64,000 nucleotides of DNA from Utricularia gibba (GCA_002189035.1 NEEC01000007.1:1054001-1118000), one strand, 5' to 3'. Counted from the stretch's first letter, positions 12,699 to 24,660 are shown. The notes: a model not told the origin generated them from the sequence alone. Numbers and translations are program-made.

Positions 12699-12849
12699 AA
12701 CCCACATCGGTTGGGTTTGTAATACTGGTTTAGAAACATAGGTTTCGGTTGTTAGTAGTAGTTGACCGAACCGTGCACGTGAACATACCTAGTAAGGAAT
12801 TAGGTTTCTGGTTTCAATCACGACATCTACTTGAATGGTAAGTGGGTTC

Positions 12850-12864
12850 CTGACATGACGTCAG
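12850..12864 (+). promoter_or_regulatory. CTGAC-N5-GTCAG palindrome (contains bZIP C-box TGACGTCA) in WSD copy 1 promoter; homologs at 17091-17105 and 25500-25514, absent from copy 3
   Basis: Direct alignment of the four promoters. A CCAAT follows about 30-35 nt downstream in all three copies that keep the palindrome. Confidence 0.5.
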
Positions 12865-12952
12865 TTGCTCTCATCACGTTCATTCCATACAGCCCAATAA
12901 ATTTAGATAGCAGAATGGTGGGGGGTTTTTAGCAAAGTACCATCTCAGAAAA

Positions 12953-13663
12953 AGTGATTTGCCAAATACCTCTTTTTTTATTTGTACATTGGTTGATTAC
13001 CCTTGTTTTAGTGAGAAAAATTAATAAAAAATGATTAAACTAAAAATAATTAAATATGCTTTATCAAAATACATTTATGTACATATTTGTTGTAAATAAT
13101 ACTTTGATTCAATTTTATTATATTTCCAAATTAGATTGTGTCACCAAAATATTTTTTAATAACTGATTCAAAATATTTTATTTTAGTTTGATAATTTAAT
13201 AAATTAAATAATCGGATACATTTTTAAAGTAATATATAATGTTTAATAATTTTAGAAATACTAGACTATATTAAAAGATATAAATTATAATAATATATAA
13301 AACATATTCAACTAACAAGATTGTTAAGTTGTGTGTACATATTGGATGTGGATACACATTAACTATAAATTTAAAAAGTTTTTGAAAAAAATTAATAAAT
13401 ATTAATAATAGGATTTTATTATTTTAATTTTATTAAAATATACATAATAAGTGATTATGCGATATACGAAATTTTTATTATTTGATATTTATATTTTGTG
13501 AATAATTTAATTTATACTAATAATTATTTTGAATGTATAAAAAATATTTTATATACAATATATATGCATTTCTTTACATTTATATATAATAAAATATTAA
13601 AATATTAAAATAAAAGGGTATTTAACTTATACTTTTAACATTAGAGGTATCCTTCAAATAACT
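12953..13663. mobile_element. AT-rich non-autonomous DNA transposon remnant (MULE/MITE-like) in WSD copy 1 promoter
   Basis: Imperfect terminal inverted repeat: AGTGATTTGCCAAATACCTCT vs reverse complement of AGAGGTATCCTTCAAATAACT. The interior is very AT-rich and absent from the other three promoters. No clear TSD. Confidence 0.4.
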
Positions 13664-13755
13664 TATGCCATTTATTTTCAATGAAAAATTGTCGGTTGAT
13701 TTTTTGAGTTGAAGCCACTCGCCTATAAAGCGAAAGATAGGGAGAGGCTGATGAT

Positions 13756-15730
13756 ATGTCTGAGAAAATGGCGGGGAACGGTGATGAAGAAATGGTGAGC
13801 GCCGACCCGTACGCCAGAATGATGCACACCTCCAACTTCAACCTGTGTGTAGTCTTAGTCATGGGGTTCGATACGCCACTGGAGGTGGCGCTCGTGAAGC
13901 ATCTGGCGTCAGAAACTCTGCTCAGGCATCCTCCCTTCTCCAGCATCCTGGTGAGTGAGCCGGCAGGCGTTGCTGCTTCTTGGATCATTTTGAGGAGGAG
14001 GGGTGGTGTCTGATATTCTCTGTTTGCCAGGTTATGGAGGATGAGAAGCGTCTGAAAATGTCGTGGAAACGGACGACACCCAACATCGACGAGCACGTTC
14101 TGGTGCCGGATATAGACAAAGTAACCGGAGATGGGGATAAGTTGGTGGAGGACTTCATATCGGCCATTGCGGATGTTCCGATGGACTACTCCAAGCCCTT
14201 GTGGGAGCTCCATGTACTCAACGTGAAGACCACCAACGCCACCTCCACCGCGGTGCTCAAGTTCCATCACGCCGTGGGCGACGGCGTATCGATCATGTCG
14301 ATCCTTTCCGCCTGCGGACGGAAGATCTCCGATACCGAAGTGGTTCCGGTTCTTCGGACTCCGGTTCGACGTTAACGTCGGAATGGTACCAGTAACGGGC
14401 ATGTCCTATCTGCGGCCCTGGTGTTTTGGAGAATGCTCCAGATTGTTTACTACACTGTCATGGACGCTCTGGAGTTCATTGCTACTCTTCTCTTCTTGAA
14501 AGACTCTCCGAATCCGATCAAACGGGATCCGGACCAGCCCTGGGTCAAGATGGAGCACCCCACTTCTCACATGAGATATGTCCACCGCGTTCTCAGTTTT
14601 GAGGATGTTAAGCTTATCAAGATTCATTGAAAGCGGTAATTTTTTCTGTTCTACTCCTCTACCCTTTTTACTGATATGAGAATCTCCCATCTGGATTCCT
14701 TTGGCAGACGGCCAACGACGTGTTCTTGGGGATGACTCAGGCGGCCATAGCTGCTTATGTAAAGAGAATCAGATTTGGTAAAGTGAACTTCTGCTCTGCC
14801 CCTTCAACAAAAAGATCATTCTTAAACTGTGCATTGTATCAGAGAAGGACGGAAATGGCGCAGAGGCGAAACAGAAGACCAACAATCACCTCAAGAAACC
14901 TCGTATAAGGGCCCTCTCACCATTGAATCTACGCCCACCTGCTATGGTTGAAGTAAGAAACTTGAAAGGTTTTCTTGCGCATTCGGCCCATCCCATTTCG
15001 TTTTGAAACTTTGCTCGTTGGTTCCTCAGCGTGAAACTTTGGAGACGATACGAGATGGAAGGAAGATGCGGGAGCTGAAGATGTGGGGGAACTTGTTCAG
15101 CTACCTCATAGTTCCCATGAAACTGAGCACCGAAGCGGACCCCTTGGCTCACGTACGTGATTCTAAGGCGACCATGGATCGAAGGAAGCTCTCATGGCTA
15201 CCCCAAATCCAGTACTACGCTACGCAGCTCTTCCTCTACCTCTTTCTGGGACGGAATGTACGCACGCTTTCATCCATATCTTCTCATTTTCCTTTCTCAA
15301 TTTCAAACACAGAAAGACAAACTTCTTCCTAGTCTTTTCATTTAGTGTAACTGGAACGAATTCCCAGGTCGTAACTCGTTTCATCGGTAGCGTATCTGCG
15401 CACTTAACCCTTGTGTTCTCCAACATCCCTGGACCTGCCGAGGAGATCAACTTCTTGGGGCATCCCTCACTTACCTCGCCACAACCGTCAGCGGAGCTCC
15501 CTGGGTAAGCATCCCATTTCTGCTATGAAGGACGAAATAAGTGTACTCTTCTGATTCGGAAAGATGGAACGTTACTTGCATTCAGCCCTTGGTGATCCAC
15601 TTCCAAACCTACGCGAAAAAGCTGGCGGTGTTCATGGCGGTCGACAATCGGGTGATAACTGATCCCCATCAGCTCTCAAATCATGAAGGATGTTGTCATC
15701 AACAATGCCGCCTCCGCCGCCGGGCAGTGA
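13756..15730 (+). pseudogene. WSD1: WSD1-like wax ester synthase/DGAT, copy 1 (pseudogene)
   Basis: 7-exon structure with HHAVGDG. Lesions: CAA>TAA at 14373-14375, 1-nt deletion near 14622, -1 C at 15464-15466, about 23-nt deletion near 15675. Confidence 0.88.
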
Positions 15731-15836
15731 CTAGACTTATGCATGAATGGGAATAACAAAAAGAATTACACAAGTCATTTCCAGAAAGTGACTGTATGGA
15801 ACCTACCTAAATCGCTCCAACTTCATTTGACCAGGT

Positions 15837-15877
15837 TTTCAAAATCATGGGTCAACTCAATTCCATGATTTTTGAAA
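15837..15877. repeat. Inverted repeat AAAATCATGG...CCATGATTTT 3' of WSD genes (also about 19441-19472 and 22821-22852; disrupted at about 27883-27928)
   Basis: 10-14 bp stem with a 12-nt spacer, seen after each copy. Confidence 0.6.
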
Positions 15878-16218
15878 TTTAAAAAACATTAAATACATTT
15901 TTATTTCTTTATAATATATTCACATTGAATTCCATTCGTTATAAAAAAAAGTCTAACCAAAATCAAAAATAAATCGAAGCATAGATTAACCCATTTTTAA
16001 TACACTCTAATAGCTAATGCATAGCTTCAAAACACATATTTTTTGGAAATAAGTGAAATCGTACCAAATATTACCTAAATGTAGAATGTAATTCTTTTCT
16101 ATAATTATTCTGATTCATAAGTATGTACCATTAGAATTTTTAAGGAAATATAGAAAATTATTATTTTTATTTTAGAATAATGTCCATATTTCATAAGTAT
16201 GGACAACCAGATGGATAA

Positions 16219-16375
16219 GAAAAACCATCCGATGCGTGGGAACAGGCTTCACAATGCGCCTTGGGCAGCGGTAAGGGAGGTTGATTATCGCTCGCGGCAG
16301 GTAATCAGTCCACGCACTCATTCTTGATTGCAGTGTTTTTGTAGCGTTACACCTGGTTTATGCACTGATTTAAAA
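16219..16375 (+). repeat. Duplicated fragment of SPT5L last exon, stop region and 3' UTR intron start
   Basis: Aligns with about 11775-11930 (GAAAAAC(A/C)ATCCGATGC...GGCAGGTAATCA...TATGCACTGATTTAAAA). Confidence 0.85.
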
Positions 16376-17321
16376 TAATAAAAATTCATATATAATTTAT
16401 ACAATGTATTTTATTAAAAAAATAACCGTTTTCACTTTTTAAAAATAATAAATAATTTAAATTAAAAACATAGTTCAAATAATTTCATATTAATCATTAC
16501 CTTTTAAAGTGTTTTTCAAATGGATATATGAATGTAAATATTGGAAAAATAATTATCATTCATTTTTTAAATTTTATTTTTTTGAAAAGTTTATATTATT
16601 TTGTATAAAAATAACAATTATTTGAAAAGCATGATTTATTTTAGTTTTAAATTTAGTAATATATTAAAGAAATTTGCAAGCATTAAACAATTTAAAATGT
16701 GACTTCCTAATTTTTACAAATATTTAAATATTTTTATTAATAGAAAAATTTGAGAGAATTGTATTGTGTAAAATTTAGATATTATTAATAAACTGAATTT
16801 ATATTATTATTTAATTATATATATATATTTTATTTTATAAAAATTAAAAAATCGTGTACATACATTGATATATATTATATGTTTTGCAAAGGAAAGATGG
16901 CCAATAAAAACACGCCACTTATCTCACGCACATGTGACAAGGTGTCCACTTTTTTAATAAGTCCCCTACTTCCCGAATCCTGTGTTCTGGATTTGATCTG
17001 TGCCAGTTCACATTGTTTTTTTCTTCTATTATATTTCCTATTAAATGGCAGCAATGAGGTGAGGTGGCCAGATTTCTAAATAACCTAAAACTGACATGGC
17101 GTCAGTTGCTCCCCTGAAGAGCATTCAATGCAGACCGGCCAATAAATTTGGGTAGGAGAAGGATGGAGATATGCGTTATACTTATGAACTCCCATCGATA
17201 TTTTTTGGCAGATCATGAATTATTTTCGAAATTTCGGATTGTTAATGAAAAATTGTTGGCTGATTTTTGAGTTGAGGCCACTCGCCTATAAAGCGAGAAG
17301 ATGGGGAGAGGCTGATGATTT

Positions 17322-19316
17322 ATGCCTGAGAAAATAAATGGCGGGGATCTGTGATGAAGAAATGGTGAGCGCCAGCCCTTACTCCAGAATGATGCGCACG
17401 TCCAAATTCAACTTGTGGGTGATCCTAGTCATGGGGTTCGGTGCGCCACTTGACGTGGCGTTGGTGAAGCATCAGGCGTCCAAAACTCTGCTCAGGCATC
17501 CTCGCGAGTGAGCCCGCAGGCGTTGCTGCTTCTTGGATCATTTTGAGGAGGAGGGTGGTGTTTGATATTCTCTGTTTTGTAGGTTTTGGAGGATGAGAAG
17601 CGTCTGAAAATGTCGTGGAAACCGACAACACCCAACATCGAGGAGCACGTTCTGGTGCCGGATATAGACGAGGAATCAGGATCAGGGGATAAGTTGGTGG
17701 AGGACTTCGTATCGGCCATTGCGGATGTTCCGATGGACTGCTCCAAGCCCTTGTGGGAGCTCCATGTACTCAACGTGAAGACCACCAACGCCACCTCCAC
17801 CGCGGTGCTCAAGCTCCATCACGCCGTGGGCGACGGCGTATCGATCATGTCCATCATTTCCGCCTGCGGACGGAAGATCTCCGATACCGAAGTGGTGCCG
17901 GTCCTTCGGACTCCGGTTCGACGTCAACGTCGGAATGGTACCAGTAACGGGCGTGTCCTGTCTGCGGCCCTGCTGTTTTGGAGAATGCTCCAGATTGCTT
18001 ACTACAGTGTGATAGACGTTGTGGAGTACATTGCTACTATTCTCTTCTTGAAAGACTCTCCGAATCCGATCAACCCGGGTCCGGGCCAGCCCTCGGTCAA
18101 GATGGGGCAACTCCCTTCTCACATGAGATATGTCCACCGCGTTCTCAGTTTTGAGGATGTCAAGCTTATCAAGAATTCTTTGAAAGCGGTAATTTTTTCT
18201 GTTCTACTCCTCTACACTTTTTACTGAAATGAGAATCTCCCATTTGGAATGCTTTCGCAGACGGCCAACGACGTCTTCTTAGGGATGACTCAGGCGGCCA
18301 TCGCTGGTTATCTTAAGAGAATCAGATATGGTATAGTGAATTTCTGCTCCTCCCCTTCAAGAAAAAGATCATTTTGAAACTCTGATTGTAGCAGTGAAGG
18401 AAGTAAATGACGCAGAGGCCAAACCGAAGACCAACAATCACCTCAAGAAACCTCGTACAAGGGCCCTCTTAACATTCAATCTACGCCCATCTGCTATGGT
18501 TAAAGTAAGCAACTTGGAAGGTTTTCATGCGCATTCGGCCCATCCCATTTCCTTTAAAACCTTTCTGGTTCGTTCCTCAGTGTGAAACATTGGAGACGAT
18601 ACGAGATGGAAGGAAGATACGGGAGCTGAAGATGTGGGGGAACTTGTTCAGCTACCTCATAGTTCCCATGAAACTGAGCACCGAAGCGGACCCCTTGGCT
18701 CACGTACGTCATTCTAAGGCGACCATGGATCGAAGGAAGCTCTCATGGCTACCCAAATCCAGTACTACGCTATGCAGCTCTTCCTCTACCTCTTTCTGGG
18801 ACGGGATGTACGTACGCTTTCATCCGTACCCCTCTTCTCCATATCTTCTCATTTTGTTTTCCCAATTTCAACCATAGAAAGACGAACTTCCTTTTAGTCT
18901 CTTTATTTAGTGTAACTAGAACGAATTCCCAGGTTGTAGCTCGTTTCATGTGTAGCGTATCTGCGCACATAACCCTTGGGATCTCCAACATCACCGGACC
19001 TGCGGAGGAGATCAACTTCTTGGGACATCCCCTCACTTACCTCGCCACAACCGTCGGCGGAGGTTCCGGGGTAAGCATCCCATTTCTGCTATGAAGGACG
19101 AAATAAGTGTAGTGTTCTGATTCGGAAAGATGGAATGTTGCTTGTATTCAGCCCTTGGTGGTCCACTTCCAAACCTATGCGAAAAAGCTGGCGATGTTCC
19201 TGGCGGTCGACACTCGGGTGATAACTGATCCCCATAAGCTCTGCGACGATTTCCAGAACTCCCTTCAAATCATGAAGGAAGCTGTCATCAACAGTGCCGC
19301 CGCCGCCGGGCAGTGA
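17322..19316 (+). pseudogene. WSD1: WSD1-like wax ester synthase/DGAT, copy 2 (probable pseudogene)
   Basis: HHAVGDG is present. A 17-nt deletion between CATCCTCG direct repeats at 17497-17504 shifts the exon 1 frame and alters the donor to GC. There is also a -1 C at 18752-18754 and an altered exon 4 acceptor. Confidence 0.82.
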
Positions 19317-20367
19317 CTAGGCGAATGCATGAATGGGAATAAGGATTACTGGAGTCATTTCCAGAAAGTGACTGTGTGGAGTCCACCTTCATTGGGAATA
19401 AGGATTACTGAACTTCATTGGGTGATTTGACCAGCTTTTCAAAATCATGGATCAACTCACTTCCATGATTTTTTAAATTCTATTCCAATAATTTTTGTAA
19501 AAAATAATTTCTTTATGAAATTTAAAAATATTATTTAAATAATTGTTTTTATTTTTTTATAATATATTCATAATGAATTCAATTCATTATAAAAAAAAGT
19601 TCGACCTAAATAAAAAATAAATTGAAGCATACATTGAACCCATTTTAATACAATGTGATAGAGGGTCGTTTTGAAATCTGATCAATTCCTATTTGTATCA
19701 TACACACCACACAAAAAAATAACATTTATCTGGCATACAATATGCACAAAAAAATAAACACAGTTGATTACATTTCTCACATCCTATCCTAAATTGATGG
19801 TATTTTTCAAAATCACCGCTGTAATTAACGTTGATGCTTGTGTCCACTTTCAAATCGCAGTTGATGCTCACCTACAAATTTCGAGTTTCCGTACATTCCC
19901 CCGACATCCCAATTGATTCTGTGTTTCTCTCCCTGCAGGTGCTCGAGCGAGTTCGCTGCCGCGGCTTACCCTTAAACTCACTCACCTTGCTGCTGCAACT
20001 GGTTCACAAACTTATTTTGCCAAGTTCAGTCTAGTGGCTGGATGACTTCCCTTCTCGACGAAGGCGAATACGAACACCAGAGGGCGGGGCAGGAAACAGC
20101 ACACCTGAGCCCACCCTCTTAAATCTCATGCTCCCTCATTCCGAATCATGTGTTCTGGATTGGATCTGTGCCAGTTCACATTGCTCCGACATTGTTTTTT
20201 CTTCTATTATATTTCCTATCAAATGGCAGCAAATCTCTTGGTTGATAGGAGTGAGGAGTAGTTTTCTGGTTTCTCTATGCCATTTTTTTCAATGAAAAAT
20301 TGTTGATTGATTTTTTGAGTTGAAGCCACTCGCCTAAAAAGCAAGAAGATGCGTAGAGGCTGATGAT

Positions 20368-22708
20368 ATGTCCGAGAGGATGGCGGGGAACGGTGTCGGT
20401 GATGAAGAAATGGTGAGCGCCAGCCCCTACTCCAGAATGCTGCATACGTCCAACTTCAACCTGTGTGTCATCTTAGTCATGGGGTTCGGTGCTCCACTGG
20501 ACGTGGCGCTGGTGAAACATCTGGCGTCCCAAACTCTGCTCAAGCATCCTCGCTTCTCCAGCATCCTCGTGAGTGAGCTCGCAGGCGTTGCTTCTTGGAT
20601 CATTTTGAGGAGGAGAGTGGTGTCTGATATCCTCTGTTTGCCAGCTTATGGAGGATGAGAAGCGTCTGAAAATGTCGTGGAAACCGACAACACCCAACAT
20701 TGAGGAGCACGTTCTGGTGCCGGATATAGACGAGGAAACCGGTTCGGGGGATAAGTTGGTGGAGGACTTCATAACGGCCATTGCGGATGTTCCTATGGAC
20801 TACTCCAAGCCCTTGTGGGAGCTCCATGTACTCAACGTGAAGACCACCAACTCCACCTCCACCGCGGTGCTCAAGCTCCATCACGCCGTGGGCGACGGCG
20901 TATCGCTCATGTCCATCCTTTTCGCCTGCGGACGGAAAATATCCGATCCCGAGGCGTTGCCGGTTCTTCGGACTCCGGTTCGAAGTCCACGTCGGAATGG
21001 TACCAGTAACGGGCTTGTCCTATCTGCTGCCCTGGTGTTTTGGAGAATACTCCAGATTGTTTACTACACTGTCATGGAAGTTGTGGAGTTCATTGCCACG
21101 CTTCTCTTCTTGAAAGACTCTCCGAATCCGATCAAACCGGATCCGGGGCAGCCCTGGGTCAAGATGGAGCACCCCGCTTCTCACATGAGATATGTCCACC
21201 GCGTTCTCAGTTTCGAGGATGTCAAGCTTATCAAGAGTTCTTTGAAAGCGGTAACTTTTTCTGTTCTACTCCTCTACCTTTTTTACTGATATGGGTGTTG
21301 AAAGAGATGGTCAGTGGAGTAATAAGGTAGAATGACGTTATAAGGATAGAGGAGATAAGGAGACTGACTTGTCATACGGAACGTTCAAAGTCACAATATA
21401 GTCGATGTCACCTAAACCCGCACTTAGGATAATCAATGCAACATGTCACCTGGTCAAGACTTATCCATGGCGGTTGAGAGAAAGGAGCGATGAGATAAGT
21501 TCTTCCACATTTTTAGAACTAACCTAGCATTGCCTATAAAAAGTCTTCACCTGTAATTGCTTTGAATAATCGAGAGTACCAATTATTACACCTTTTTTAT
21601 TCTTTCAAGGCATTATAGCCACTAGCCACGGTTTCTTTAATGGGAATCTCCCATTTGGATCCCCTTGGCAGACGGCCAACGACGTCTTCTTGGGGATGGC
21701 TCAGGCGGCCATCGCTGCTTATTTTCAGAGAATCGGATACGGTAAAGTGAATTTCTGCTCCTCCCCTTCAACCAAAAGATCATTCTGATACTCTGCATTG
21801 TATCAGAGAAGGAAGGAAATGGCGCAGAGGGCATACAGAAGACCAACAATCACCCCAAGAAACCTCGTACAAGGGCGCTCATAACATTCAATCTACGTCC
21901 ATCTGCTATGGTTGAAGTAAGCAACTTGAAAGGTTTCCTTGCGCATTCGGCCCGTCACATTTCGTTTGAAACCTCAGCGTGAAACATTGGAGACGATACG
22001 AGATGGAAGGAAGATGCGGGAGCTGAAGATTTGGGGGAACTTGTTCAGCTACCTCATAGTTCCTATGACACTGAGCACCGAAGAGGACCCCTTGGCTCAC
22101 GTACGTCATTCTAAGGCGGCCATGGATCGAAAGAAGCTCTCATGGCTACCCCAAATCCAGTACTACGCTATGCAGCCCTTCCTCCACCTATTTCTGGGAC
22201 GGAATGTACGTACGCTTTCATCCATATCTTCTCATTTTCTTTTCTCAATTTCAACCTTAGAAAGACGAACTTCCTCCTAGTCTTTTCATTTTGTGTAACT
22301 GGAACGAATTCCCAGGTCGTAACTCGTTTCATGGGTAAGTTATCTGCGCACTTAACCCTTGCGGTCTCCAACATCCCTGGACCTGCGGAGGAGATCAACT
22401 TCTTGGGGCATCCCCTCACTTACCTCGCCACAACCGTCGGTGGTGCTCCCGCGGTAAGCATCCAATTTCTGGTATGAAGGACGAGATGTGTGTAGTGTTC
22501 TGATTCGGAAAGATGGAACGTTACTTGTATTCAGCCCTTGATGATCCACTTCCAAACCTACGCGAAAAAGCTGGCGGTGTCCCTGGCGGTCGACACTCGG
22601 GTGATAACTGTTCCCCATCAGCTCGGTGACGATTTCCAAAACTCCCTTCAAATCTTGAAGGAAGCTGTCATCAATACTGCCGCCGCCGTCGCCACCACCA
22701 GGCAGTGA
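20368..22708 (+). CDS. WSD1: WSD1-like wax ester synthase/DGAT, copy 3 (intact ORF, 7 exons)
   Basis: All exons splice in frame with GT-AG. Contains PLWELHVL, HHAVGDG, TANDVFLG, WGNLFSY, SNIPGP and IHFQTY; no stops found. Confidence 0.88.
21296..21639. mobile_element. Solo LTR (344 bp) in intron 2 of WSD copy 3
   Basis: Begins TGTTG and ends TCTTTA (CA>TA). Flanked by a 5-bp TSD ATGGG (21291-21295 and 21640-21644), with an internal CTATAAAAA. The empty site is present in the other three copies. Confidence 0.8.
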
Positions 22709-23261
22709 CTAGACGAATGCATGAATGGGAGTAAGAAAAAGAATCACCAAGTAATTTACAGAAAGTGACTGTGGAGCCTAAAGCGAAAGAAAGTGAATTG
22801 GAGCAACGGACCATCTTTTCAAAATCGTGGATCAACTGAAGTCCATGATTTTTTTAAATTCCATTTTAATACTTTTTTATAAAAAGTTAGTAATTAAATA
22901 ATTATTTTATTTTATTTATAATATATTCACAATGAATTCAATTGGTTATAACAAAATGTTTAACCAAAATCAAAGATAAATCCAAGCATCGATTGAACCC
23001 ATTTATAATAGTCTAATAGATAATGTACAAAAGATATTGAAGTTTTTGTTTTTGTTTTGCAGTATTTTGAATTATAATACAAAACACATATTTTTTGGAA
23101 ATAATTGAAATAATACCAAATATTACCTAAATGTACCTCATCCAAATATTAGAGAATGTTTATTTATATAAAATGTTTCTTTATCGTGTATGTAATCGAT
23201 TTGAAATGGATGTAAAATACTTGTATTATTATTTGAAACGAATAATATTATATAAGAAAAT

Positions 23262-23557
23262 ATTAAATGATTAATTTTAAAAAATTGAACTAAAAATAAT
23301 TTGTATTCTATTAAATGTACTTTTTTACTTTTAATGCGAAGATGGCTTCATGGCCATAAAATTGGAGTAGAATTCAATCGGATCAGTCATTGAGCCTCTC
23401 TAAATGAATAAATAAAATATGATAATATTGGAATTAGTTAATAATTAATACCTTGTAGTGGAAGAAATTCTGAAATATTAAAATCGCGGTTCTACCTTAC
23501 ACGGTAGCAACTCTTCGGCTTTTCCACGGCTCCACATTCGGGAATCGTTTTAATGTC
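23262..23557 (+). repeat. Duplicated NAC promoter/5' UTR (paralog of about 28355-28648)
   Basis: Near-identical blocks, e.g. GAAGATGGCT(T/C)CATGGCCATAAAATTGGAGT and AAATCGCGGTTCTACCTTACACGGTAGCAACTCTTCGGC. Confidence 0.88.
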
Positions 23558-23910
23558 ATGGGGATTTCTACCGCGGCGGTGGAGAAGAAGAGCAGGTCTT
23601 CGGTATCATCCAGTATGTTAGCACCGGGATTTCGTTTCCATCCTACAGATGAGGAATTGGTGCGGTACTATTTGAAGCGGAAAGTTTGTGGCAAGGGTTT
23701 TTGGATCGATGCGATTTCGGATTTTGATATTTACAAGTCGTAGACGTGGGATCTTCCGAGTATGTGATTATTTAGTGTTTCTTTTGTTTGAGCTGAGTCT
23801 GCTGGTGTCTGTTATGGTTTCTCAGAGGTGGATTCTACTGCGTAATTTTGATTTTGTTCGAAGAGGTGACTGGGTAGATGCGTGGGTTTTGTTGATAATT
23901 GAATGTTTTT
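23558..23910 (+). pseudogene. Truncated NAC copy (exon 1 plus part of intron 1); 61-aa ORF with premature stop at 23741-23743
   Basis: Paralog of 28649-28993. GCG GAG CCC became TCG TAG ACG. Homology ends at the junction with SPT5L sequence. Confidence 0.88.
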
Positions 23911-24660
23911 GTTCGTATTTTGGATGGCCCATTCAAGGTTTTTCAACTTTACTGAAAGGCAAATTTCTTTCGAATGCTTGACAGGAGTAGGACAAGGAAG
24001 GCATTATCAAAAAAATCTATAAAGGAATTCTTTTTTTATTTGATAAAGCTGAAGAGGAAAATGGTGGTTATCTCTGTGTCGAAGCAAATATTTGTGAGAA
24101 GCTAAGTCTTTCTTGTGATGCGTCAACTGGAAAGGTTAGGAAGAGTAGTTTTAGTTCTCAAAATTTATTTAGTCTACATGTTCGGAGACCTCTATAATTG
24201 GGTTTCAGGGCGACCGAGGCTTTTCAGATTATGATGATCAGATCATTCAAAGGAATTAGATGACTCATCCTCATGGAGTAAAGCGAAACTTTCTGGTATG
24301 GGTAAGAAAGAAGATGCCTCCGATGGATCGGTAGCAGGCAGGTCTTCTAGCAAGGAGAAGAAACCATCCGATGCGTGGGGTATGAAGCCAGCTGTCGCTG
24401 ATGGATGGAGAGTAGGTGGATCTTCTGGTAAGAAAGAAAAACCATCTGATGCATGGGGTAGTAAAAGTGATGCCGCTGATTGTTGGGACCTGGAGGATCT
24501 TCCAGAAAGGAGGAAAAACCATCCGATGCATGGAAACAGGCTTGACAAGGCGCCTGCGCAGCAGCAAAGGAGGTTGGTGATAGGTCTCGGCAGGTAATCA
24601 ATCCAGGTACCCATTCTTGATTGCAGTGTTCCTCTAGCGTTTGACCTGGTCTATGCACTG
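23910..24660 (+). pseudogene. Duplicated, internally deleted SPT5L fragment (end of exon 9, exon 10, start of exon 11, fused to last exon)
   Basis: 23910-24230 aligns to 8250-8590, and 24231 onward aligns to 11493 onward. The tail copy has a frameshift at 24485-24487 and a TCA>TGA change. Confidence 0.88.

Noticed and set aside
13641-14402. 253-aa minus-strand ORF and similar ORFs opposite other WSD copies, CYP77A, H2B and GAT1
   Set aside because: Antisense ORFs expected from GC-rich coding sequence.
19661-19825. Possible Tourist-like MITE between WSD 2 and unit 3
   Set aside because: The end similarity is too weak and there is no TSD.
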